A DNA stretch of 64,000 nt from Lama guanicoe (Eukaryota): positions 4,943,214 to 5,007,213 of the forward strand of contig MU053561.1 in the NCBI GenBank assembly GCA_013239625.1, given 5' to 3'. The stretch's first letter is position 1. The number at the start of each line of letters is the position of its first letter. The notes under the pieces are model-generated. The model was given only the letters and a program-made list of their open reading frames with translations. It was not told where the DNA came from and made no database searches. Position numbers and translations under genes: made by a program. This document shows, piece by piece, positions 1-11,482 of the stretch.

Positions 1-88
1 TTCTTTTTTAAAATAGACATACTGGGGATTGAACCCAGGACCTTGTGCATGTTAAGTGTGTGCGCTAGTGCTAAACTATACCCACCGC
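1..88 (-). mobile_element. tRNA-derived SINE (camelid vic-1-like), partial
   Basis: Reverse complement has a degenerate A-box, the B-box GGTTCAATCC followed by CCAGTA, and an A-rich tail; same family as the copies below. Confidence 0.8.
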
Positions 89-948
89 CTCTCCCTAACT
101 CCCTGCAAGCTTTAGCTTTTAAAACCAACATAACCTTTACCTGGTGAGATTGAAAGTAAGTAGTGAGAAGGTATTTGTGGGCAGAAGTCCTCCCTTAAAT
201 CAGTAATTCCCATCTCCTTCTCCAGTAGAGCACACAAGCAAGAAAATCTCCCCCAACCAAAGCCAGGGTAATGAAGTCGTGCCTGCTGGCTTTAACATCG
301 CCTCTCTCCCACTCAAGAGAGCACAACATACAAGCAAACGCACTGCATGTTGTTATAGGGATAACCTTGAATTTTCTCTGGCTCATTTTTTTAAAAAAAA
401 AGGGTAAATCATTTGCAAACTCCAGTATTTTAACTATTAATAAAACAAATCATTTGCAAGGCACCCTACAAATGAGTCACCACAACAGTGTGAACATGCC
501 GTGATTGAGAACTTTCACCTTAAATGGTGATACTTGGCCTACTCCGCACCTTGAGTGTTCAGCATTGGAAGGGATAATGAGGGGTGCATTTCTGGCCACC
601 CAGTTCCTTCCTTCCAGCTGAGGAAAGGCAGGGGAAGAGGAACAGAGCAGAGCAGCAAGTTCCTTGAGGGTCCAGGGGTCTTGAACTGACTCTCAAGTTC
701 CCTGCCACTTCAGTTATTTGGGGAGCCCTGAATGACAAGCCTGAAGTACTTGGAGCTGGGATGACGGAGCTCCCACAGATGCCGGGACAGTTTAGATAGT
801 ACACAGTTAAGAGGTTAAAACATCCATTTTGGGTGCACACAAGTCCAAGCTCTGCAACCTCCTAGTTCTGTGAACTTAGATGAGTTATTTAACCAATCTG
901 ATTTTCCATTTTCTCATCTGCAAAATGGATTTTAAAACAATCTATTTG

Positions 949-1031
949 TGGAGGGTGGTGGTAGAGCGTATGCCTAACATGGACAAGGTCCTGGGTTTAA
1001 TCCCCAGTACCTCTACTTTAAAAAAAAAAAA
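949..1031 (+). mobile_element. tRNA-derived SINE
   Basis: GGTAGAGCGTATGCCTAACATGGACAAGGTCCTGGGTTTAATCCCCAGTACCTC plus poly(A), with CTATTTG repeated on both flanks (TSD remnant). Confidence 0.8.
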
Positions 1032-1049
1032 CTATTTGAGGAAATCTGA

Positions 1050-1580
1050 TGTTTTCATCTGTTTAGAATCCCTTCTTACCCATTTTCCCCTATACGTAAT
1101 CCAAGCTCCAGGGTTCAAATGGGGTTGACCCTCACCTACTTCATCCCCCTCGTCACAGGGGAGGTGTATGACCCAGGTCTGTCCACTCAGAGAGTTTTAT
1201 CCCCTGGCCACAGAATTTGATGCAGCAAGTAGCATATGACTCAAGCTGGTCAACCAGATTTTTCTGGTGGGGCTAGTGAGAAAGATAGATTTTTTTTTCT
1301 GCTGGAGCTGCTCACCAGGAGGATGGAGAATGGGGTGTGGTAGGCAAACGATCCTACTGTGTGGGAATAGGCTGTCCAAAGAATGAAGCTGAATAGAAAC
1401 AGCAGAGGTTAAAAAAAGAGAGAGCCCTAATGAAATCATTTGACTTCCAGTTCCCACTATGTCTGAAAGCACATGCACCCTCAAGCCTCCTGGTTATCTG
1501 AGTCAGTCAATTCCCTTTGGTGTTTAGACTAGTTGGAGTTGGGTTTCTGACATCCATAACCAGAAATCTTGACAAGTATA
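1050..1580 (+). mobile_element. Old MaLR LTR (MLT1-type) remnant
   Basis: 3' end TTCCCTTTGGTGTTTAGACTAGTTGGAGTTGGGTTTCTGACATCCATAACCAGAAATCTTGACAAGTATA resembles MLT1J/K/L ends (from memory). Confidence 0.55.
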
Positions 1581-1948
1581 CTATTTGAAGGGTGTCGTGG
1601 GAATAATGTCTGTGAAAGGATTTAAGACAGGGCCATGGAGTCACATCTTCCTCCCCCAGGACAAGGCTGAGGCCAGCTGGGCCTCAGTCAGTAGCCCTAA
1701 GACTGATAGAGGCCAGAGAACTCTTCCTTCCGTGTGTGTGTGTGGCAGGGCAGAGCCCACAGACTCCCTTTCCCCCACTCCTTGCTCCATCATTGTGCAC
1801 GTGACCCCAGCAACATGTGTCCCGGAGGGAAAAGTACTGCTAAGTAAGCTCTTTGAATGAACTGCTGACCATTTACTTCTGTAGTTCAGTAACAACTATG
1901 GCCACCCCATATCTGTACTGGGTTGGTCTGGTCCTAAGTTTTACTTAG

Positions 1949-2228
1949 TTTTTTTTCTTTTTTTTCTTAATTGAAGTATAGTTGATTCACAATGTTGTGT
2001 TAGTTTCAGGTGTACAGCAAAGTGATTCATTTATACATACACATATATTCTTTTTCCGCTTCTTTTCCATTATAGGTTATTACAAGATATTAAATATAGT
2101 CCTCTGTGCTATACAGCAGTCCTTGCTGTTTATCTGTTTTATATATAGTAGTGTTTATGTTAATCCCAAACTCCTGACTTATCCTTCTCCTCTACCTCCT
2201 TCCCCTTTGGTAACCATAGTTTGTTTTT
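1949..2228 (-). mobile_element. L1 3' end fragment (artiodactyl-type)
   Basis: Poly(T) followed by ATTGAAGTATAGTTGATTCACAATGTTGTGTTAGTTTCAGGTGTACAGCAAAGTGATTCA; homologous to the other L1 3' UTR copies in this window. Confidence 0.85.
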
Positions 2229-5200
2229 TACTTGACTTTTACATTAAAGTTGATTTATGGAACCATGAATGTTACAGCTGGGAGGCACCCTGTGGGAGGA
2301 ATTGTCTGGATTGGACACCCCCTGTGAACAGAAGAGGAGCACTGGGTTGATGGCCAGCTCCTTCCTCCAGTCAACTGGCCAAGGCAGGTCTATATCAAGT
2401 CTCCTGATTTTCAGTTCTCAGAAAGGATTCTGCCTATAAAACCAAGCTGGGCCTCTTCCCAGTCACACGTCCAGCTCTGTCTTCACTCTCCCAGGGCACC
2501 CATCTGGTGTTGCAACTCCCTGCTTCACTCCCAGATAAGGTGGGGTGCTGCCCTGATCCAGGTGCTCCAAGCAGCAGAGCCAAGTCCCCACCTGCTCCTG
2601 CGGTGGACTCTCCCCCCGACGTCCGCGCTCCCCCAGGCCCCCCGGCTCTCCTCTCTGCCCCTTTCTCACCGTAGTTCTCTAGCTCAAGCCCTCTCTACCT
2701 GCCCTTGACTCCCTTCCCTTCTCCCTCTGCCACTCTCCCCACCTTCTCCCTGCACCCTTCATCCTTCTTGTCTGGTCTGGAGGGCCTGTTGTTCCTGGGA
2801 GGTTAAGTCCTAGCTGTGGAGGCTAATGTTCTGCAGTCAGACTTTCCCCCAAGACCATCCAATGATCAACAATTCCAGCAGTTGCTAATATAGACGTCAT
2901 GCGTTTTAAAGGATTTCTGTGGACAAATAAAGAGTTATCAAATTTAACAGGTAAGAATTTATGTAAGAACTGTCATATAATCTCATCTTCTTCAAATCAG
3001 TTTGACTCAACCTGAGTCTCCAATCCACGGGGCTAGTAGAAAATTCACCTTATCGTCACTGAGCGAGCCTCCTGATCCTGGCCTCCCCCTCCAGGGTTAT
3101 GACAATGTCCTGGGGTTTGACACACAGCTGGACCCTTGGGGCTCAGGAAGGAGTGACATCATCAAAGGGCTCTTGGTGCAGGCCCCATGGCCACATGACA
3201 GGGAGCTCCCATCCGGCCCCAGTACCAGCTTCTCCTGGAAGCCCCCAGTCTCTACTCCACTTTCATCTTAAAGAATGTCTAGCACCTGTCTCTGCTTTTG
3301 CTCTCTCTGGGAGAATCTAGCAGACTTTCTCTCAAAGGTGGAAAAGGATGTGTTAACAAGTGGCTATTAAAATCTACAGAACCAATCTCCTCTCATCACA
3401 GGGAACAAAAGGCTGGTTACTTCTGCATGGAGATGGGGTAAAGGGAGGAAAAAGAGAGGGAAAAAAATGCCAAGTATTATCTCAATAAATTGCCCTGTCG
3501 AGCAGAGACTGGCCCCTTCTCAGAGAACCTCTCAGGAGGCAGATGGAAAACCTCTCCTACGTGCATCTGACCTGAGACCTCCTTCTCTGCCCAGCATCTC
3601 AAGGACTAGTCCACTAGTCCCAGGACACGCCTCAGGAAATTCTGTCTTAGGAGTTAGCTGTTTATGATTCTGAACTCTGGCCTTTGCCTGTCAGCATGGA
3701 CCTGTTTATGATATTACCTGGTAGGCACATGGAAGGACAGAGAAACACTGAAGTGCAGGGGCAAGTGTGGGCTGAGGGTTCAAATCCGGGCTCTGCCACT
3801 TTCATGCCATTTCCGAAGCTCAGTTTTCCCATCTGTAAAATGAGATTAGTAATAATATTGGCCTAATATGATGGGGTGAAGATTACATGAGGTCATGCAC
3901 TCGAAGTATCCAGAACAGCTTCTGAAACTTAGCAGAGAGTTGACAGTGAGAGTGACATTGTCCTTGTACACACTGTTGTAATTGAGCCTGAATCTGAGCA
4001 GTCTGTGAGTAGCACAGCAACCTATCCCATGGGTTTGGGAGATGTCTACCTGGCAGAGCTAAGGAGGGCCAGAGAGGGACAGGGCCTGGAGATCAGGAGG
4101 AAGAAAGAGGGAGCAGGGAGGGGGTGGCATCCCTTCCCAGCACAGCTCCTCAGTGTGCTGCCTCTTCCATAATTTGAAGAAGTATGTTAACGAGGCTACT
4201 CTTAAGACTTTGATTTAAAAAAAAAAATAGAGGACTTTGGAGTGCGAGACTCTGAAACACTGACCCATCAGTTTACAGCACGGGCCCCCATCCCCATGTC
4301 TCCATCCTGCTGTTAAGACACGGCTTTGCCACTGTGAGGTGGCCATTGAAACCTCCAGGTGAGGATGTAAAAGGACCTGAATTCAGGCGGCTTTAGGAGA
4401 AATGGGAGAGCAGGGACAGCAGCCCCTGATCGCACGGGATGAGACCCCCCCATCAACTTGCCTGGCTGGCTGGCCTGCACTGCAGGGGTGGTGGGGGCCA
4501 TGGGCCTGGCTTCCTCCAGCTGGGCCTGGCAGGCAGCTCCTGGTGGCAGGAACTGGACTGAGATGTGCTTCAAGGCTGCTTTTCAGAGATGGGCACCTGA
4601 TTCGTTTTTGGCATCTCTTACATTTAGCACAGGGCTTGGCCCTTCTGTAACTCCTCAGTCAGAGTTACAGGGGGGCCAGAAGCACCCCCTGCTTCCTCAT
4701 GGCTCTTGCCCCCAGGGCTCAGGACGTGGGCACCTGCAAGACATAGCTTCCACTGTCCCCTCCACCCCCTGCACAGCTGGCTAAGCTCAGGCTGGGGCAA
4801 GAACACTGAAGCAAGTTGCAAGGGCTGCCCCTGCCTTTCCCTCTCTCCAGGCACTGCCTCTGTCCATTGATCTCTCTGCAGCCCGGATTAACAGTTGTCA
4901 GCATCAAGGGACTCTCCCTTCCAACACGAAGCCATTTTCCCAGGCACAGCTGGTTCTGTGCTTTACCCACTCCTAACGTTGCTTCGGGAGCAAAGTGATT
5001 TCGGCTGCGGTTTTAGGAACAGGCTGTCAAGCAGTAACGGCACATTACTTTTGAACGTGTGCAGAGGTACGAGTGGCAATTGAGCGTAGACATTGTATTC
5101 GTATAGAGTTAAGGCTGTGACAGCTTCCGCCCGCCGTCCATCTTCATTCACTTTGGTTTGTGGAGCAGCGCAGGGCTGTCCTCAGCAGCTTGGCAGCCGC

Positions 5201-6249
5201 GACAGGATCTACAAGACACAGTGCTCTGCAGGGCGGGAAGGATGTCTCAGAGTCATCAGAACACAGACTGGGAAGGAGCCATGACACGATCTAATCCCAG
5301 AGCCTTGTTTTAGGGTGGAGCTGGCTCCTAAAGCAAAGAGGTAGAGGAACTTGGGAAAGGACTCAGGGTTCGTGCTGGAGCAAGAAGAACCCAGGGCTCC
5401 CCACTCTCACCTAAGTGCTTCCCGCTGCATAGACTCCCTTCTAAGGACCTGTATGGTCCAGAATATTTCCCCCTGGACTCTGTAGATGGGATGGGACTCC
5501 AGTAAGTCGGCTCCTCCTTGGGCTGGACTGTGCTGAGCTTCCAGAAATCCAGGTCTGGGTGACTCAACTGCTCTGTAGCATCTTGGTGCTGGGGCCCTGC
5601 TCACCGGATGGCAGGACCACGTCCATCCACTACCCCTCCCCCTGCTCCCTTCCCTCTTAAAGAAAGCACACAGCTCTACTCCTGATGGGCTGGACTGGAG
5701 CTCTACCTCAGAAGCCTTCCCTCTTGAATTCTGGAAGACCAGAGCTGGGAGCCCTAGTTAAATCTCATCAGAATGGTAAGAGGTGGCCCCAGAGTTCTAA
5801 ACCTGAGCCATGACTCTTTGCAAAGAGATAGGGACACTGTATACTAATAACTTCCGTACATCTTGATTTTGAAATTTAACTGAAATCATAACATGGCTTT
5901 AAACACTGTCATATGTTGATAATCAACCTAATTAAGATCTCTTAATTGGGGAGGGAAGGGACTTGGGTTTTAACCTATGTAACCAGTAGTGATAAAATGA
6001 GGAAACACACACACACACAGAAAAGAATCCTTCCCTCTTAGAGCTGAAGGGAACTCAGGGATCACCCCGTCTAGGGCCCCGGGAAGAAACTGAGGCCAGA
6101 GGGGCCAGCTTAAGGCCACACCACCGGGAGCAGCTGGCTGAGGTCACAACCTAGGACTGATCCCAGTCTTAGTGCCCTTCTCTCCCAACCCACAACCTGC
6201 GAGTGAAGACCCAACACACTCATAAATGGGGTTCTCCCCCTCAACCCCC

Positions 6250-6400
6250 GAGTGGGGCCCAAGAACCAACTGGCTTCAGAATGGCCTTGGAAACTTGCTT
6301 AAAAATGCAGCTCTCTGAGCCCACCCCAGACCCACTAGACCAGCATCAGTGGGGACCAGGAATCTGCTTCTGAGACACCAAGTCCTTCAAGAACCCTGAG
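6250..6400. mobile_element. MER5-like hAT DNA transposon remnant
   Basis: CAGAATGGCCTTGGAAACTTGCTTAAAAATGCAG...CCCACCCCAGACCCACTAGA...CAGGAATCTGC resembles MER5A. Confidence 0.55.
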
Positions 6401-8790
6401 GCATATGTTATAACCGGTTGTGCAGGGTGTTGCAAATAATTTGTTACTAATCATGCTTAAAGCACTCAGTTTGGGGGCATTATTTCCTTCTCGAATGGAA
6501 CAGATACAGCAGCCTGGCTCTCACACAACTGCATTATGATTAGCTTCCTGACCAGCAGAGGAAGTTAGGGCGCTCCAGCCACCTGACAGTTGCGTTTTTC
6601 CGCACCCTGTTGACCAGACCTTTTGGGTGTTTGAACCTCCACTGAGTGGATGTGTAGGGGGACAGACGAGGGCATTAGCTGTGGGGAGAGGCAGAGCTTG
6701 GCTTAATCCAAGCTCCACTGTTCACCACCTGCCCATCAAACCCCTTGACTTTTCTCCGTTTCCTCATGTGCAAATCGGGAGTAGTAGCTCCTGCCCGCAA
6801 GGGTTGCTGTGACGATTAAACTAAAACATCCTAACATATGTGTATTGGAACAACACAAACGCGTGGGGCACACGGCTCCAGGCAGCCTGCGTCGGGGCCT
6901 CTGGGCCTTGACACCTGGCTTGTCCCACTTCCCCACCAGAGGAGAAAGACCCTGGCGGCTGGGATTCTGGAAGCACCACACTCCCCAGGGGGCTGAGCTT
7001 TACACACCGCCTACCCCTGAGTAAGGCTCAGCAAACAAAAGGAAGAGACCGCTTTACCCCAGTCACGGCCATCTTTACACCTCTCACCCTCCACCCCGCG
7101 TGACCATGTGTGACCTTGGCTGAAGCTCTCCCCTCTCCTCTTCCGTTGCAGAAATATCTGCCCAGCCCTGAATCCACTTGGGTGAGAACAGAGGTGGGCA
7201 GGGCGTCAGGTGGAAGGCTGGCTTTGGAATAAATAAAAGATACACCTCTGGCTCTTGAGAAGCTTCCAGCAAAGGACAGAAGGAATGCTAAGCTCAATCA
7301 TTTCTTGCATCTTTGCTTTAATGCAATTCCATTTCGCTCTCTGGTCCGTGGCCTGCTCCTGTCTGGGATGGATGGCCAGTGGGGATTCCAGCTGGCCAGC
7401 CAACCTAATTTCCACACAAACTCTCCCCCATCTCACCTCCACTTCACTCCAGAGTGTGTTTACCTCTCGATCTAAGCCATTTAGTGGGCTGCTCTGTGGC
7501 AGTTTCAACGCATCGATAGACAAGCGTTCACCAATAACAACATGCGCCAAGAAACTAATTTTCTCATTCACTGTGCATCGGCCTCATTAAGGCCTGTAGG
7601 ACATGTGACATCTCAAAAGCAAACCACCCCAGACTGGGAGGCCTTTCTTTGCACGTCACCTTCTCCCCAGTTTCACTCACTGCACAACAAAGAAACAAAT
7701 TCTCAACAAGCTGAGAAATGGAAATAATGAGAGATCTCATCGGATCGATACTCCGGAGAGCACTTATGAAGACAGAGGGGACCATGGCTCCACGTGGACC
7801 AAAAGATTCAGGAGTGGCCTGGTCAGATGAGAGCCCCAGCTTCGATCTCTGACTGCACACCCCGGAGAGCAGCTTTGTAACTGGCATCTGCTCCCTGCCT
7901 TTTTGCAGGCAGTGCCTCTGACTCCACGTCTGTGGCCTTCTCTCCACCTTCTTCGGCGAAGAAGCTCATTAGTGTTTGTGAGGCTCATATCAAGGGTGGC
8001 TCTTGTTAAAATTTGTAGGAATCAGGTTGCTTTAATTATCCATGCCCTTGGCAGTGAGGTCCTTGGGGCATGGACAGATTTTTAAACTGTAGTCTATCTG
8101 GACATGACAGGATGGCTGTGGAAGGCCTGGGAGATGATTAAAACAATTTGGGTGGTGGGAGTCACACTGGGATGGGGTTAAGAAGACTTGGGTTTCTAAT
8201 CAGACTTAGCTTGTTAATTATTTAATCCCTTGGATATACCCAGACTCAGAGGTTACACTTGGCAACCTGAGCAAGCTGGACGTGGATTAAAATCTTACAA
8301 CTGACTGGTGTGTCAACAGGAGAGAGACCCACCCTATTCCAGGCAGTAAGAAGGCTTCACAGGGGCTGTGACTGGGCTGTGTCTTTTCTGTTGATCTTTC
8401 GCCTTCCAAGAATCCACTATGGCTGAGTTGGCCCGTACTCCCTGCCACTGTGCTTGGAGGAAGAGTCGGGGACACATTCCAGAGGAGCCGAAGCCCCCAC
8501 CCCATCACCTCACCTCCTCTAATGACATCCCACAAGTGCCCCCTGGAGGACCCTGACCTTTTGTGCTCCCCAGCAGCCTCTATGAACTTCTAACTGCCTG
8601 ACTCCAGGGAACATCCCTGACTGACCCTCAAGCTTCTAAGCAGGGTTAGGTATCTCTCCTCTGCATTTCCTTGGCGCCCTGGGTTCACTTTTAATGGCGT
8701 AATTTTACAATCACTTACATAATACTTGCTAAGCACTTTTAGGAACATTTACTCATTGAACATTCATAACAACCAAGAAGTTAGTTACTG

Positions 8791-9036
8791 GGGTGGGAAG
8801 GGATAAATTGGGAGTCTGAGTTTTGCTGATACAAACTACTATATATACAACAGATAAACAAGTTTAACCATATAGCACAGGGGACTATATTCAATATCTT
8901 GTAGTAATCTATAATGAAAAAGAATATGAAAAGGAAATATATATGTACGTATATGGATGACTGAAACATTACGCTGTACACAAGAAACTGATGCAACATT
9001 GTAAACTGACTATACTACAATAAAAAAAGAAAAAGG
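8791..9036 (+). mobile_element. 5'-truncated L1 inserted into a MIR, 16-bp TSD
   Basis: L1 3' UTR plus A-tail, flanked by AAGAAGTTAGTTACTG (8775-8790) and AAGAAGGTAGTTACTG (9037-9052). MIR sequence continues on both sides. Confidence 0.9.
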
Positions 9037-10510
9037 AAGAAGGTAGTTACTGATATTATGCCATTTTATACATCAGAAAAGAAAGGCACAGAAAGCCTGC
9101 ACAGTCTGCTCAAGGTCACCCAGCATGTAAGTGGCAGGGCCAGAATTCCAGTGCAATCTGGCTGCAGAATCTGGGCTCTGAACCACTGTTAAACAGCATG
9201 TACTGTGCCAACAAAAGCCTTGTAGGATAGTCCACTGACAAGATTTTTCTCCTTCACCAGCCTGTGAGTTCTATGAGAGCTGAAATTCACTGCTAGGTAC
9301 ACGGTAGATGTTCCAAACGCTTCTGGGAATAACATGCCCTGGGTCCGTACAGTCCTGCCTGGAGTCAAGGGGGAGTGAACATCAGTCAGTAATTCCCTCC
9401 TGGCACCAAAAAGGGGGCTCCTAAAACACAGATAACGCTGCCTGCCCGTAAAGAACATGCGCTGGTTTTCACTGCTCGTTCCTATCATCACGCTGATTTC
9501 CTTTGGGGCGGGTGGGGGGGTTACCTGTTTCCAGCTGGAGACAGTTTTGACAGGATTATAAAAGCCAGGCAGGGCACAGACTCCAAGTTAGACCAGCTGG
9601 ACTCTGTTTTCTGAGACTCTGAATTTGGAACAGAGTGCCACAGGAATGGAAACACCAATGGGTGGCAGGACTGCCTGTTCCCTCTTGCCTGGTCTTAGCC
9701 CCGTCTGGGTGCGGGGACTCCATGTCTGCTTTCCCCCGACTCCACCCAGTCATCACCTCCAGGCCTTGACCTTAGATTGCTTCACACTGGGCCTATTGTG
9801 TCTGGCCAGGCCTGACACCTTGGCCTCCAGGGAACTTGCACTGCTTTTTATCTATACAAGCGTCCTACTCGTACATTTGCTGTGGGTCACGCTGCCACCT
9901 GGCCTGTTCTTGCTCTGGAACTTCTGGACCCAGCATCCTGTACAGGCCCTCCCTGTCCCTTCCTCTAACCAGAGTGCCTTGCTGTGTTCTCCAAGCTTCA
10001 GGGTACCACCCAGGGAGGGGCCCCAGAGGCCAGCGGAGAGGCTGAGTGAGAAATCTCTTGGTGACACTTTCATCTCATAGATTCAATTTCTACTTAAGAC
10101 TTCAGTTAAAAGGAAAAAGCTTCTCTACTTGAAAAAAAAAAGTTTGAAAATCATTATCTTAGATCTTTCTGAAGCCATCAGTTTATTTTGGTGTATCGCT
10201 CTAGCCATCAAGCTTTCTGTTTGCTCAGAACTCAGTTAACCATTCATTTAATATTTACTTAGTGCCTACTCTGTGTCAGGCCCTGATATCAGGTGAGGAA
10301 ACACAGCCTCTGTCCTCAAAATGCTCATGAGCTAGAGTCGTGCTCCTCATATTTAATGTTCACACGAGTCTTCTGGGGATCTTTTAAAATGTAGATTTTA
10401 ATTCTGTAGATCTGAGTTAGGGCCTGAAATTCTGCATTTCTAACAAGTTCTCAGATGATGAAATCAGGAGCTCATGAACTTTGGGATGCTTTTAAAAATC
10501 CTACTGTGTT

Positions 10511-10909
10511 TATTCCTCCCTCTTCCCCCACCCCATAACCATAAGTTTGTTTTCTATGTCTGTGAATCTCTTTCTGTTTCATAAATAAATTCGTTTGTGT
10601 CATTTTTTTAGATTCTACATATAAGTGATATCATATGATATTTGTCTTTAAATCGGGATAAACTGGGATAAATTAGGATAATTGGATAAATCGGGAGTTT
10701 GGGATCAGCAGATACAAACTATTATGTACAGAATAGACAAACAACTAGGTCCTCTTGTATAGCACAGGGAACTATATTCAGTGGTTTGTAGAAACCTGTA
10801 ATGAGAAAGAATATGTGTATATATATGTGTGTGTATAACTGAATCATTATCTGTACACCAGAAACTAATGTAACACTGTAAATCAACTATTTTCCTGTTA
10901 ATATTATTT
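10511..10909 (+). mobile_element. L1 3' fragment with 5' inversion (twin priming)
   Basis: ~10515-10648 is antisense L1 and ~10655-10909 is sense L1 to the A-rich tail. TSD AAAAATCCTACTGTGTT (10494-10510) / AAAAAACCTAATGTGTT (10910-10926). Confidence 0.85.
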
Positions 10910-11023
10910 AAAAAACCTAATGTGTTGTCCATGATGAAATGAACATGTGTAATTTTAAAATATTTTTCGTGATTCTAACGTGTAGCTGGAGTGAGAACCA
11001 CGGATTTACAGGAAAAGACAGAC

Positions 11024-11482
11024 TACTGGTTTTCTATGTCTGCTGTAACACCCACATTGTCACAAACTTAGTTATTTGAAACAACTCAAGTGTATAATTC
11101 AGTTCTGGAGGTCAGAAATTTAAAATGAGTCTCATAAATCAGTCTCACTAAAATCAAGGTGTTGGCAGGGCTGTGTTCCCTTCTGGAGACTCAGGGAGTA
11201 CTCGTTTTCTTGCCTTTTCTAGCTTCTACAGGTTGCCACATTCCGTGGCCCGTGGCTCCTCCCATCAGCTCTGATGGAGTCTTTCTCACCTGGTATCGCT
11301 CAGACTCTCCTGCCTCTCTCCTGGATTTGTAACAACCTTGTGATGATATTCAATCCATGCAGATAACCCAGGATAACCTTCCCATCTCGAGGTCAGTTGT
11401 TAGTAACACAGCATAATTTATTTACAAATTCTGGGGATTAGGACATGGACATCTTTGGGGGGCCATTATTCGGCCTACTACA
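11024..11482 (-). mobile_element. MaLR solo LTR (MLT1D-like)
   Basis: Ends GGGGATTAGGACATGGACATCTTTGGGGGGCCATTATTCGGCCTACTACA (reverse complement of the MLT1D start); flanks CAGAC / TAGAC fit a 5-bp TSD. Confidence 0.8.
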
